A DNA stretch of 64,000 nucleotides from Terriglobia bacterium (GCA_965198225.1 CBDAOY010000006.1:928001-992000), one strand, 5' to 3'; counted from the stretch's first letter, positions 27,815 to 38,132 are shown. The notes: generated from the letters alone by a model not told the origin. Numbers and translations: made by a program.

Positions 27815-29467
27815 TCAGTCGGGATCCGCCCGTTCTACGCCGACAACCGAAACGTTCTCACCGTTGCGAAGATACACATCAACGGGACTCGTCCACTTGG
27901 GTTGGCCGGAACAGCGCGACGCGAGACGAACCATCAGAAAATCCGCCTCTTCGATCGGAACCGGAAGCCGAGTAGTAGTGGTTGAAGAGGTTTGGCCGAG
28001 CGGCGACAGATTTCCGCTCTGGTTGTCGAACTTGTGCCACGTGTAGTCATAGCGGCACTCGGAAGCCATTCCGGCCACCAGACCCAGGTTGACAAAGTCC
28101 AGGCGAGGGCCGCCGGGGCCGGAACCCGAGACTCCGAATTGATCGACCGGATTGATCTGCGACAGGTAATAGCGAACGATCTTGTCCCGACGCTCAATCA
28201 GGTGTGAGACCAGGTAGTCTTCGGCCGCTGGATCGTCGATCAGCCCGGTTCGAACGATCGCTCGAACGGCCTCGTCACTGAAACGCGCCACCGTACGCGT
28301 CGCCCAAAGCGCATCCTGCCAGGTCATCTTGTCGAACGCAGGATTTGGATAGTCCGGCTTCCAATCGCCCGGCTCGAAAAAGCTCGACTCGAATCGCCCG
28401 ACTGCCGGGTATTCATGATATTTAGTGCGGCGCCAGGGTCGATCCAGGAGGCCGAGTGTTGCGCCGGACTTGAACGCCGGCAGGAACTCGATGTAGTACT
28501 CGTTACCAACACGGCGTGCGTGAGGCTGTACCGCGCCGCTTCCCATGACCGTGCCAAAATCGATCAGATAGTGCTTGACCCACGTCTGCTCCTGCTCGTC
28601 CGTGTGGTACATGTCCAGCGTATTGACGCTGTCGGAGTCGTTGTGATTGAGCCAGGCTGCGAATATGCGCATACCGCGCAACTCGCGCCGGTCTTCGTGC
28701 GGGAAAAGATCATTCGGATCGTCCTTCCGGGTCTCCTGAAAATCGAACGGTCCGATCGGTTTTCCCGGAAGGAACTTGCTCGCTAATACTTGAACTGTTC
28801 CGTCCGGTCGCCGCGGAACACTCTGCAAGATATCTTCCACGTAGTCGTCGCTGAGCACTTCCACCTGTCCCTGAAACGTCACCTCGACGTCCTGGTCGAG
28901 TTCGTAGTCCGGGCGCCAGTGGACGAGGTAGTTCTCAGGCACGTTGTAGCCGAAGGCGTGGAAGAACTTGGTGCCGATGACTTCGGCGGACGTGGCCATC
29001 TGCGGCCACCGAATGGGATCGAATTTGAGTAAGTACGTGTCGCCCAAAGCATCCTGAATCGTAAAGCCCGGTGTCGTCCCCTCGGTCTTCGCTGCAGTAA
29101 TCAGCCACGGTTCGGACATGTCCGGACCTTGTCCCCGGTTGGGTCCCGTGACGAGTTCTTCGATTGTCATCAGCCGATCGCTCACCCGGTTCGTGAACCA
29201 TGAGGAGTTCGGAACTTCTCCCAGCGTGTTGACGTTCTGTGCCTGTCTCTCGCCACCCCCGGGCCTGAGGAATGTCTTCTGAAGCAGATCGATCATTTTG
29301 CTCAGGGGCCGGCCCAACGGCTGCGGGATCGAGAGATTGTCCGGATCTCGCATCAGGGGATCGTCTGATCGGAACTTGCCGGGCTGAGGGGCCTGTGCGC
29401 CGGCGACAAGGGCGGCACAGGCGATCGATGAAAGGATCCAGGCCATTCGGCTTCGTAGATTCTGCAT
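27815..29467 (-). CDS. Exported hypothetical protein with atypical (HipA/CotH/PI3K-like) kinase motifs
   Basis: Signal peptide; KTEGTTPG, YLLKFD, SAEV, WLNHNDSDSVN, YLIDFG. Confidence 0.6.
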   Translation of the reverse strand: MQNLRSRMAWILSSIACAALVAGAQAPQPGKFRSDDPLMRDPDNLSIPQPLGRPLSKMIDLLQKTFLRPGGGERQAQNVNTLGEVPNSSWFTNRVSDRLMTIEELVTGPNRGQGPDMSEPWLITAAKTEGTTPGFTIQDALGDTYLLKFDPIRWPQMATSAEVIGTKFFHAFGYNVPENYLVHWRPDYELDQDVEVTFQGQVEVLSDDYVEDILQSVPRRPDGTVQVLASKFLPGKPIGPFDFQETRKDDPNDLFPHEDRRELRGMRIFAAWLNHNDSDSVNTLDMYHTDEQEQTWVKHYLIDFGTVMGSGAVQPHARRVGNEYYIEFLPAFKSGATLGLLDRPWRRTKYHEYPAVGRFESSFFEPGDWKPDYPNPAFDKMTWQDALWATRTVARFSDEAVRAIVRTGLIDDPAAEDYLVSHLIERRDKIVRYYLSQINPVDQFGVSGSGPGGPRLDFVNLGLVAGMASECRYDYTWHKFDNQSGNLSPLGQTSSTTTTRLPVPIEEADFLMVRLASRCSGQPKWTSPVDVYLRNGENVSVVGVERADPD

Positions 29468-29486
29468 CAAGCCTCCCTGAGGGCCC

Positions 29487-30848
29487 TCAAAAGGATGGTC
29501 CGAACGCAAGGAACAGCAACACGTTGCCGTCCCCAGTGCGGCCGACATCCATTCTGAAAGACACCCGGCGCCTGTTCTTGGCGCGGATACCCCAACCGAA
29601 AGTGTGCTTCATCCCGTCGAGGTGGAATTCGGAACGTCTGGCAAACGCCTTCCCAGTGTCATAGAACACCGCGAACTCCAACCCCGCTGTCGCTTCCCAT
29701 CGGTACTCGCCGGATAGATAGAGCAGGTTCGCGTCGCGAAACCGAAAATCTTTGTAACCGCGTAGCGTGTCCTGCCCGCCCAGGCTCTTCATCAGGTAGA
29801 AGGGCACCTCGGCGCCATCGTTTGCATAATCTCTCGAGGCGTAGTAGCGCAATGCGATCATGCGTTGCCGAGAGCCGAGCGGCACATACCCCCGCGCATC
29901 CACGGAGAAGCGCTTGAACTCAAAACGGCTTCCATCCAGGTCGTCGAAGCTGGCAAATCGAATGCCGAGCAGGGCAGCCGGCTCGTTTGGATCCGCTTCC
30001 CAGCCAAGATACAGTCCGGAATCGTAGTGCAGGAAATCCGGTTGATGGGCGAGCCCCGGGGCCTGGTCGTCACTGAAGACTTCCTCTGCGTCCGGCCGGG
30101 AGGTTCTGCCTGGGCCGACATTGGTGCTCAGGTAACCCGTCCGGAATTGAACCCCAACCCAGCGCGCAAGCTGGTAGCCGGCCACGACGTCCGCCCTGGC
30201 CTCCTCATACCGGTAGTCGGTACGATTGACCTCTTCAGACTCCGGACCCAGCCCATAAAAGATCTCTTCGGTGAAATTGCGATACCGAAGATCCCCATAT
30301 AGAAAGGTCTTGGTGGGTTCTGGTGAGCGCTGGTCAAATTCGAACGGAGCGCCCAGGAAACTGTCTCCCAGAAAATCATACGGGGCCAACTCCCCGAACC
30401 TTCCCAACCGGAGGTCCAGCGCTCTATAGCCCGTCACGGAATACGCGCCCGATGTCCGAAGCGTTAGACCCGTGCGCCCGATGCGGGGTCGTTCGTAACT
30501 GACGGTGGGAGTCAGGTTGGATATCTGGCTGATCTTACCCAGACCCGCACGCCAACGCCCGAGCCGAACCGACAGCCACTGATCGAATCCATTGGTTTCA
30601 GCCGTTGCCAGGATGTCGGCGAACCTGCCGGCCTTTAGTGGCTGGAGCGCTTTCAAACGTTCGAGTCTTCGGGCCTGGAGCTCTTCGGAACGGCTTGCCC
30701 CGTCCGTCTGTGGAGCGTCCTCCGTCTGCGGACCGTTGTTCGTCTGCGGGGATGCGCTATTCTGACGGGCGCCGCCCTGCGCCGTCGACGGGCTTGCTAC
30801 TAGATCTACCGCGAGTACCAGAAACAGGGGTAGAAGGACAGTCTTCAT
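29487..30848 (-). CDS. Omp85/BamA-TamA family outer membrane protein (bacterial surface antigen domain)
   Basis: LGGQDTLRGY..FRFRD, GEYRW, FYDTGKAF, C-terminal Phe; signal peptide. Confidence 0.82.
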   Translation of the reverse strand: MKTVLLPLFLVLAVDLVASPSTAQGGARQNSASPQTNNGPQTEDAPQTDGASRSEELQARRLERLKALQPLKAGRFADILATAETNGFDQWLSVRLGRWRAGLGKISQISNLTPTVSYERPRIGRTGLTLRTSGAYSVTGYRALDLRLGRFGELAPYDFLGDSFLGAPFEFDQRSPEPTKTFLYGDLRYRNFTEEIFYGLGPESEEVNRTDYRYEEARADVVAGYQLARWVGVQFRTGYLSTNVGPGRTSRPDAEEVFSDDQAPGLAHQPDFLHYDSGLYLGWEADPNEPAALLGIRFASFDDLDGSRFEFKRFSVDARGYVPLGSRQRMIALRYYASRDYANDGAEVPFYLMKSLGGQDTLRGYKDFRFRDANLLYLSGEYRWEATAGLEFAVFYDTGKAFARRSEFHLDGMKHTFGWGIRAKNRRRVSFRMDVGRTGDGNVLLFLAFGPSF

Positions 30849-31006
30849 GAACGCTAGCCGGTGGAGGAAGCGACGGTCAGCGTCAGCAGCGGAGATCGCG
30901 ACCGCCGTTCCCGAGGAACGTTCGAAGGAAAATCGTCATCAGCCATGAACAGTTTATCGCGACCACGACCGTCAGTAAGCAAAACGATTCGCGCAGGTCG
31001 GGGCAA

Positions 31007-33193
31007 TCAGGCTTGTTCCTGCTCGGTTTCGAGTTCGTTCAGAACATTCCAGACGTTGTGTTCGACGCGAATCCAGTGCCGCAGCAGGTCCATGGTAAAG
31101 CGATACTTCGTCTGATCGCGATCGAGAATCGAAGTCTGTCGGAGCCCTTCCAGTTCAACGCGCGTTCGGGTCATGTCGAGCTGTTGTCGATGGGACTCTG
31201 GAAGCGAACGGATCATTCGGCCGATTCGCTCGGACGACGCATACCCTTCGGGCGCTCCGAGCAACGTCGCCAACGCCGACAGGATCAGTTTGTTGGGTCC
31301 GGCCAAACCGTGCCAGCTGTAGAGAAGCTGCGGTGGCGGGCTTTCGACAACGCGGTCGACGACTTTTTCGACGATGGCCCTGTCGACCGTGCTGGAACGC
31401 TGCTCATTCAACACCTCGACCATCGTCTGACAGAGCAGCTGAGTGTAAAACGGATGCCCGTGTGTCAGCCGGATGAGATCGGCAACCGTCCCTTCCTGGA
31501 AGAACACGCGACCCTCGACGGGTTTGGAAACGAGGTCCTCGGCGTCTTTTCGGTCCAGGAACGTGATTTCGCGGTAGAAGGACTTTCCGATCAACCGATC
31601 CCAGGCGGGCTCGGCAGCCAGCGTGCGAGATCCGGTGAAGACAAAGCTCAGCTGAGAATGACGTTCCAGGAGGCTGTTCAGGTAGTCGTACAGCTCGGCG
31701 CTGAGCTTACCTTCCCGGACCTTGCTCTCGATCAGTTCATATTCGTCGACAAGAAGCACCAAACGGTGTTGATCGATTCGAGATATCGCGGAGTCCATGA
31801 AAGAGCCGAATTCGACATAGTTTGTCACCGACTCTGACGGGCTGTCGCTGCCGCGAATCCCCGAGGCGACGAGGGCGCCACCGATCCGATTGGCGAGCTC
31901 CTGGAGCAACTCCCGGTCTTTCTCGACCACCATACTCTGCATGTCCACAAAGACGGGAATGAACTCTTCACCCAGCCGGCCGTTCAGAATCTGGTAGAGA
32001 ATCGAAGTCTTTCCAGTTCGCCTCTCCCCGGACAGGACCGTCAGGCACCCATGTTGCTCGCTCTCGAGCTTTGAGCGGATGTAACCAAAATCCCTCTCTC
32101 GCCCGAAGAACATCTCGGCGGAGCGGACCGGGTTGCCGACGATATACGGGTTCGGGCGGATGGTTTGAAAATTGGGAGTCGGAACCTGTTGGTCCCGACG
32201 GCGAAACACCCTCCCGTAAAAGTGGGCCGACACATAAGATCCGGCCCAGCGTCGAAGCGGGAAGAGAAGGATCGCCGACAGAACGAGCGGTGCCAACACC
32301 CGCAGCGATCCCACCGGTTCAGGGTCGGAAAAAACTGAGGAGAAAACTATGAAGAAGAGAAGGAAACCAGTGAGTGTCCCGGCGCTGACGAGCGAGTAGA
32401 TCAGAAGATTCTGAAACCCGATCGAAATCATCGAGAAGTTCTCTTTGGCTACTGCGAAGACCAGCGAGATGGGAAACAGAGGCAACAGGAAGTAGGCCAG
32501 GTACCCCATCAGCGCGGGAACGCTCGGGCTGACGAGTGACAGGATCCATGGGATTCCGCCCGCCAGACATCCGATCAAAACCACTCGAAGTCGGTTCTTC
32601 TCCGCACCGGTGAGCGAGTAGAGGTACTGACGCACGAAAATTGACAGGCCTAGAAAAAATCCGACTATGAATACGGATACGAGAACCAGCTCTCCCGTGA
32701 CGCGACTCAACGGATCGGAGAACACAACCAGCATCGCATAGAGCCCGTACACCACAAGGAGCCGGCTTGGGCCTCGATCAATCCATTCACTGGGAATCGG
32801 AAAAATCAGTGAAAAATGTACGAAGGCGAAGGGAAACAGCCAGAAGCAGGCGTTCCAGAAGAAAAATCCCAGCCATCCGAGCCAGCCGCCCCGGATCAGA
32901 ATCTCGTCCGGCACCACAAAGCTGAACAGCACGGACAGCGAGCCCAGCAGAAAGCACAGCACGGGCACCGCCGAGGTTGCCGGACGGACGAAACAACTGG
33001 CAACACCCAGGCTTACAAGCAGCAGGGAGAACCAGACATCGGACAGCGTCAAAGAGCCGTCGACGAGAAAAGACAGCTCGATGCCAAAAATGGAGACCAG
33101 CAACAGCAGCAGGATCGACTGGACGAAACGTTTAGGCATGGGCCATGTCGCTCGGGCAAATCCAGTGTGCACGAAGCGCCCTAATTGTTCCAA
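31007..33193 (-). CDS. Multi-pass membrane protein fused to STAND/AAA-like P-loop ATPase
   Basis: ~9 TM helices; NPYIVGNPV..FFGRE, Walker A GERRTGKTS, Walker B LLVDEYE, GHPFYTQ; start likely 33139. Confidence 0.8.
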   Translation of the reverse strand: MEQLGRFVHTGFARATWPMPKRFVQSILLLLLVSIFGIELSFLVDGSLTLSDVWFSLLLVSLGVASCFVRPATSAVPVLCFLLGSLSVLFSFVVPDEILIRGGWLGWLGFFFWNACFWLFPFAFVHFSLIFPIPSEWIDRGPSRLLVVYGLYAMLVVFSDPLSRVTGELVLVSVFIVGFFLGLSIFVRQYLYSLTGAEKNRLRVVLIGCLAGGIPWILSLVSPSVPALMGYLAYFLLPLFPISLVFAVAKENFSMISIGFQNLLIYSLVSAGTLTGFLLFFIVFSSVFSDPEPVGSLRVLAPLVLSAILLFPLRRWAGSYVSAHFYGRVFRRRDQQVPTPNFQTIRPNPYIVGNPVRSAEMFFGRERDFGYIRSKLESEQHGCLTVLSGERRTGKTSILYQILNGRLGEEFIPVFVDMQSMVVEKDRELLQELANRIGGALVASGIRGSDSPSESVTNYVEFGSFMDSAISRIDQHRLVLLVDEYELIESKVREGKLSAELYDYLNSLLERHSQLSFVFTGSRTLAAEPAWDRLIGKSFYREITFLDRKDAEDLVSKPVEGRVFFQEGTVADLIRLTHGHPFYTQLLCQTMVEVLNEQRSSTVDRAIVEKVVDRVVESPPPQLLYSWHGLAGPNKLILSALATLLGAPEGYASSERIGRMIRSLPESHRQQLDMTRTRVELEGLRQTSILDRDQTKYRFTMDLLRHWIRVEHNVWNVLNELETEQEQA

Positions 33194-33258
33194 GAAGCAG
33201 GCCGGATGGGGTTATAGTTTTTCTTAGGCCAGCCAAGCATATGCTCGCCGGAGGGCGG

Positions 33259-34437
33259 ATGCGAGAGATAACGGTCGCGCTTCTCAGCTTGCTCCTCACA
33301 GTCAGCAGCTTGTGGGGACAAACCGAAACCGACCTGGACCGACGGGTCAGAGACGGTAAGGATGCGATCTACCGCCAGGAGTACGCAGCGGGAACGAAGA
33401 TATACGAGGAGATAGTCGAAGACTATCCGGAAAGCCCTGTCGGCTACGGCATGTTGTCGATCACGACCTGGGACCAGCTGCTCTATGCTGCGGCAAACGT
33501 CACGCTGCACGACTACGGAGCTCCCAGTCCTTTCTCGAACTCGAAGATTTACAAATCAGTCCGAGCGGAGTCGGAACGGTTTCACACCGCGAACGACAAA
33601 CTGCTTGCGGTGTGCGACAGGATACTGGCGGAAGATCCCACGAACGTACTCGCCCTCTACTTCCAGGGCCTGGCCTATGAGAATCTCGCAGCCGAGGCGA
33701 TCGTGATCACGAAAAACAGGGGAAGAGCGTTTAGCCACGGCAAGAGAGCCAACAATATCCATCGGCAAGTCTTGAGACTGGATCCCACCTTCGTCGATGC
33801 GAACGTCAGTGTCGCCGTTTACGAGTTCGCCAAGGCGACTCTTCCCTGGAGCATAAAATGGCTCGCCTTCCTGATTGGATATCGCGGTGATAAAGAAGAG
33901 GCCTTCAGGAAACTGGAGAATGTCGCCGAGCACGGAAAGTACCGCAGCCAGGACGCGCAGGTGATTCTCTCGGCCATGTACACCTGGAAAGGAGACCCAC
34001 AGAAGGCCGTTTCAATCTTCGAAGAGTTGGGCCGACTCTATCCCCAGAACTACAGGGTTGACCTCAACCTCGCCGCGGTCCACGCGTATACGCTCGAGAA
34101 CCCGAGAGCGGCACTCGAGACCTACAAGAACCTCGAGCAGACGCTCCCGGCAAAGACACCGGGTCTGCACGAAGGCGAGCTTCAGTTCCGGATCGGTAAA
34201 ACCTACCTTGAGCTTCGCGAATACAGCCTTGCGCGCACGGCATTCGAGAAAGCCATCGAGCTGCCCAAAGGGGAGCTGGAAACCGAGCCTCTGGCTTATT
34301 TCTACCTCGCCCAGATTAACGAAGAACAAGGTGCTCGGGATGAAGCAGTGGAACACTATCGCAAGGTATTGGCATACACCGGTCCGATAGCGGGCATCGA
34401 GGACGAGATCAAGACAGCGCGCAAGAAAGTACGCTGA
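33259..34437 (+). CDS. Exported tetratricopeptide-repeat protein
   Basis: GGAGG RBS, signal peptide, multiple TPR-like helical repeats. Confidence 0.78.
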   Translation: MREITVALLSLLLTVSSLWGQTETDLDRRVRDGKDAIYRQEYAAGTKIYEEIVEDYPESPVGYGMLSITTWDQLLYAAANVTLHDYGAPSPFSNSKIYKSVRAESERFHTANDKLLAVCDRILAEDPTNVLALYFQGLAYENLAAEAIVITKNRGRAFSHGKRANNIHRQVLRLDPTFVDANVSVAVYEFAKATLPWSIKWLAFLIGYRGDKEEAFRKLENVAEHGKYRSQDAQVILSAMYTWKGDPQKAVSIFEELGRLYPQNYRVDLNLAAVHAYTLENPRAALETYKNLEQTLPAKTPGLHEGELQFRIGKTYLELREYSLARTAFEKAIELPKGELETEPLAYFYLAQINEEQGARDEAVEHYRKVLAYTGPIAGIEDEIKTARKKVR

Positions 34438-34454
34438 GAGAATGTAACCGGCAG

Positions 34455-36398
34455 CTACGGTCCACGCCAGAAAAACAGCTTCTTCCGCGGTTTCAACAGG
34501 TCCGCGAGATCCGACAGCAATTCCCCAACGTTGGCGTATCGCTCGAGAGGTTCCTTTTCTAGCATCATCCCGAGGATACGGTTCAGCGGTTCGTCGTTCC
34601 CCACCTGGTAAAACCCGAGCTCGGGTGTCGGGTCATTGAGAATCGCATCGATGGTCGCCGCCGGCGTGCGTCGGAGGAACGGGATCTTGCCTGTAATTCC
34701 CTCGAAGAGCACAACCCCCGCTGAAAAAATGTCGCTGCGTCCGTCGGCCGATTCGCCCCGAACCTGCTCCGGCGACATGTAGGCCAGAGTCCCCAGGAAA
34801 TCGCCGGCGTTCGTCAAGGTCAGCGTCTGGAGTGTCTTCATCCGCGACTCCCTCTGCTTTGCCAAACCAAAGTCCAGGATTTTCATGTGGCGGCCGGCTG
34901 TAATCATCAGGTTGGCGGGTTTAATGTCCCGGTGTACGATCCCATTTCCATGGGCCGTCTCCAACCCGTTGCCGATCTCGATCAGCCAATTCACCATCTC
35001 CCTCCAATCCAGACGCCCCCGGGCCGCAATCTCTTCAGCCAGGGTACGGCCCTCTAGCCACTCCATCACCAGTACAACCTGCGAGCCCAGCTCGAGGAGC
35101 TCGTAGACCGCAGTGATCGAGGGGTGGGCGAGCCCGGCGGCCGAGCGCGCCTCCCGGACGAATCGGTCTCGAAAAGTGGCCTTATCCAGCAAATCCGGGC
35201 GGATCACTTTCAGGGCCACGGGCCTCTGGAGAACCAGATCCAGGGCGCGGTAGACGACGCCCATCCCGCCTTTCCCGGCACGGGACACCACTTCGTACTG
35301 GTTGATCCTTGCCCCCGGCGAGAGGTCGACTTCAGTCGAAGACGCAGGGGCCGTTCCCGACTCCGCAACGGTAGCTCCGATCGTGCGGCTCTCGGCGGCG
35401 CCTGCAAATTGGGTCAGCAGTTTGGAGAAGACCCGAAGTTGCTTCTCTTCCGTCTCCCGAAGGTAACCTGCCTTCAGCAGCCTTCTGGCGATGTGGGCGT
35501 GTTCCGGGCTCGGCATTCGGCCTTCCATCACAGCTACCAGAACCTGTTGCTGTTCGGAAGGACACTGCTGCCAGAAATGACTGAAGTGGGGATCTGCCTC
35601 TTCCCGGATCCGGGCTTCGATTTCCTCACTATCAAGGTGCCGGCCGGGGTTTTCTCTCAACCAGTCGAAGTAGACCGAACAGGCGATCTGCAGGTAGAAG
35701 GGCAGGTATCCGGCCAGATCGAGAATATCCTCCGAAAACTCTTCCAGAGGGATTTTCTCAGCAGCGGACGGCGAGGCGATCAGCTCCAATGCTTCTTCGT
35801 GCGCCAAAGGCCCAAGGTAGAGGTTGGTGAATATGTTGAAGAACGGGGAGTCCGAAATCTCCGAAGAATGGCAGAGCTGTTGAAGTTCGGTCTTAGAAGA
35901 CGTGACGTAGCCCACATCGTAGTTGTTCGCGGTGGACCGAAGGTAAGAAAAGAAGTCGCGATCGAACGTCGGGTTGGAAGTAATCGCGTCGAATTCGTCG
36001 AAAAGCATGATGAGCTTCCGGTTTTCCTTGCTCAAACGCTCCAGCATCTTGTGAAAGGAGCCGTACGTTGGCGCTTCCGCCCCGCCGAGCGAGGGGTCGG
36101 CGCGACCGATCTGGTAGAAGAGAAGCTCGAAGAAGTCTTGAAGAGAAATCGTGCGGAGCTGTTGAAAATCCAGGAAAGCGACAACGAGTGAACCCGGATT
36201 ATCGACAAGCTTCTCTCGCACACCTGGCCAGGTGAGATAGTACAGGAGGGACGACTTGCCGATTCTGCGTTCGCCGACCACCGACACGCTCTGAGGACGA
36301 TCTGACGCAACACGATCCAGGATACGCGCGACCTGGCGGTGCCGACCGTAAAAACGGTCTTCGTCCCGAATCATGAGCCGACTGAGGTAGGGATTCAT
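34455..36398 (-). CDS. STAND/AAA-like ATPase fused to C-terminal Ser/Thr protein kinase
   Basis: FYGR, GERRIGKSS, LFDEFD; GKGGMGVVY, VALK, HRDIKPAN, DFG, YMSPEQ. Confidence 0.88.
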   Translation of the reverse strand: MNPYLSRLMIRDEDRFYGRHRQVARILDRVASDRPQSVSVVGERRIGKSSLLYYLTWPGVREKLVDNPGSLVVAFLDFQQLRTISLQDFFELLFYQIGRADPSLGGAEAPTYGSFHKMLERLSKENRKLIMLFDEFDAITSNPTFDRDFFSYLRSTANNYDVGYVTSSKTELQQLCHSSEISDSPFFNIFTNLYLGPLAHEEALELIASPSAAEKIPLEEFSEDILDLAGYLPFYLQIACSVYFDWLRENPGRHLDSEEIEARIREEADPHFSHFWQQCPSEQQQVLVAVMEGRMPSPEHAHIARRLLKAGYLRETEEKQLRVFSKLLTQFAGAAESRTIGATVAESGTAPASSTEVDLSPGARINQYEVVSRAGKGGMGVVYRALDLVLQRPVALKVIRPDLLDKATFRDRFVREARSAAGLAHPSITAVYELLELGSQVVLVMEWLEGRTLAEEIAARGRLDWREMVNWLIEIGNGLETAHGNGIVHRDIKPANLMITAGRHMKILDFGLAKQRESRMKTLQTLTLTNAGDFLGTLAYMSPEQVRGESADGRSDIFSAGVVLFEGITGKIPFLRRTPAATIDAILNDPTPELGFYQVGNDEPLNRILGMMLEKEPLERYANVGELLSDLADLLKPRKKLFFWRGP

Positions 36399-36410
36399 TA
36401 GCAGGACATT

Positions 36411-37349
36411 CTAGTTCTTGATTGAGTTTCGGTAGATGCTTTGAATCAGGGTCCGCTGCGAAAATGGTAGGTAGGCAAGGCCGGCCACACCCGCTAATGC
36501 CAGCCCGAAACCAATCCTGCCTGTCGCAAGCAGTGGCGAAGCGGCCCACAGCCCATCCAATACCAGCAGGACCGGAAACAGTCGGTGGAATTTCAGCCCG
36601 GCGGCAGGATGAGCCCAGCCTACGGAGGAGACCAGGTACAGGCGCACGGCGATGCCGCACATGGCGGTCATGATGACGAAGGGTAATGTGAGCGCAATTG
36701 GGACGAGGCGAAAGCCACTCAATGCCTGTTCCAAGGCCCCTACGTAATAGAGGGTCGAGCAGTACATCGCCAGATAGCCGGCCTGTATGATCAAGAACAA
36801 GACTCGCGCCAGGCTCCTGGGTAAGGCAAAACCTGCCTCCAATTCTGCCTCGGTCGGCATTCTGGCCGTGGGAGGGTCCTGGCCAATCTGCCGAGGATCG
36901 GCTGGTTCACGGCTCGAGGGTTGGGTGAGTCCAATCGTCGTGAGACCCCCGGTCGGATTCTGACCGGGGGCTACCTGCTCACCCGCGGCAGAATCTGTCC
37001 AGCCGGCCCGGGCTACAGCCTCCACGGGTGCGACGAAGCGATAGCCTTTGCGTGGCAGCGTCTCGATCAGGCGCGGCTTCTCCACATCGTCGCCCAAAGC
37101 CCCACGGATCTTCCGCACCGCCGTATTGATCGCGTGCTCAAAATCTACGAACTGGCCGTCCCCCCACAACGTTTTCTGGATCTCGCCGCGGGTAACCAGT
37201 TCTCCGGGACGGCTGGCGAGCAGCATGAGTAGCCTGGCGGGCTGATCCTGCAGCCGAATTCGATGCCCATGTTTGTGAAGTTCGCCTGTTCGAAGGTCGA
37301 ACTCGAAGGAATCAAAGCGTAGTCGAGCCGGCTGATCCTTCTGAGTCAT
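36411..37349 (-). CDS. CadC/OmpR-type winged-helix regulator with C-terminal multi-TM domain
   Basis: RFDSFEFDL..GEL..IETLPRKGYRF Trans_reg_C motif; about four C-terminal TM helices. Confidence 0.85.
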   Translation of the reverse strand: MTQKDQPARLRFDSFEFDLRTGELHKHGHRIRLQDQPARLLMLLASRPGELVTRGEIQKTLWGDGQFVDFEHAINTAVRKIRGALGDDVEKPRLIETLPRKGYRFVAPVEAVARAGWTDSAAGEQVAPGQNPTGGLTTIGLTQPSSREPADPRQIGQDPPTARMPTEAELEAGFALPRSLARVLFLIIQAGYLAMYCSTLYYVGALEQALSGFRLVPIALTLPFVIMTAMCGIAVRLYLVSSVGWAHPAAGLKFHRLFPVLLVLDGLWAASPLLATGRIGFGLALAGVAGLAYLPFSQRTLIQSIYRNSIKN

Positions 37350-37430
37350 CTGATCGTGCCTTCAATCGAGGGACCGAAGCGCCCGCTTTGCAGCACTTCA
37401 TCAGGCGTGCTGCAACGCCAAAGTCATAGC

Positions 37431-37467
37431 AATCAATAAGTTAGCTGTTCAGAAACGCTTCAGAAAC
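37431..37467. promoter_or_regulatory. IHF-consensus site plus 11-bp-period direct repeat in the divergent promoter
   Basis: AATCAATAAGTTA matches WATCAANNNNTTR; TTCAGAAAC at 37448 and 37459. Confidence 0.5.
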
Positions 37468-37604
37468 TATACACCATCAATCGAGAAAGGATCTAGGGCC
37501 GGTGCATTGATGCCGTTCCCAGACCTGTCCGACGATGGCGCGTGGCACCCCGATTGGGGCGTAACCGAGGATCTCACTTTTGAATTGCATTAACGGAGGC
37601 GAAC

Positions 37605-38102
37605 ATGCGCCGTTTGATTCTGATCAGTGTCATTGTGTTGCTGCTTCCCCTCGCAGGCCGGGCACAAGAAAAGGGAACGCCACCCTCCAGCCAGACCTAC
37701 GTTTTCTTTGCTCCAGGATGGGGCCTTCCCGGCGGTGGAAAGATCGCACAGTTCGGAGGTGGAGGAGAACGGCTGGTTTACAAAAGGCTGGGCATCGGAG
37801 GAGACATCGGCTACCTGTTTCCTGCACGCGGAGTGCGGAATGGAGTCGGTCTGCTTTCGGTAAACGCATCCTATCAGTTCACGGAAAACCGTTCGTCGCA
37901 AAAGCTGGTCCCGTTTGTGACGGGTGGGTACTCCTTGATGTTTCGGGGCGGTTCAATCAGCGGGTTCAATTTCGGAGCTGGGGTAACGGAATGGTTCTCA
38001 GACCGGATAGGCCTCCGCATGGAAGTTCGAGATCATTTCGTCTCTCCCTGCGGGTGCAGCCTCCACGTCGTTCAATTCCGTGTAGGTTTGACATTCCGCT
38101 AA
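37605..38102 (+). CDS. Small outer-membrane beta-barrel protein
   Basis: GGAGG RBS, signal peptide, alternating beta strands, PFVTGGY, FNFGAG, C-terminal QFRVGLTFR. Confidence 0.8.
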   Translation: MRRLILISVIVLLLPLAGRAQEKGTPPSSQTYVFFAPGWGLPGGGKIAQFGGGGERLVYKRLGIGGDIGYLFPARGVRNGVGLLSVNASYQFTENRSSQKLVPFVTGGYSLMFRGGSISGFNFGAGVTEWFSDRIGLRMEVRDHFVSPCGCSLHVVQFRVGLTFR

Positions 38103-38132
38103 CCGATCCGTACGGCGAAACTTCAGGATCGG

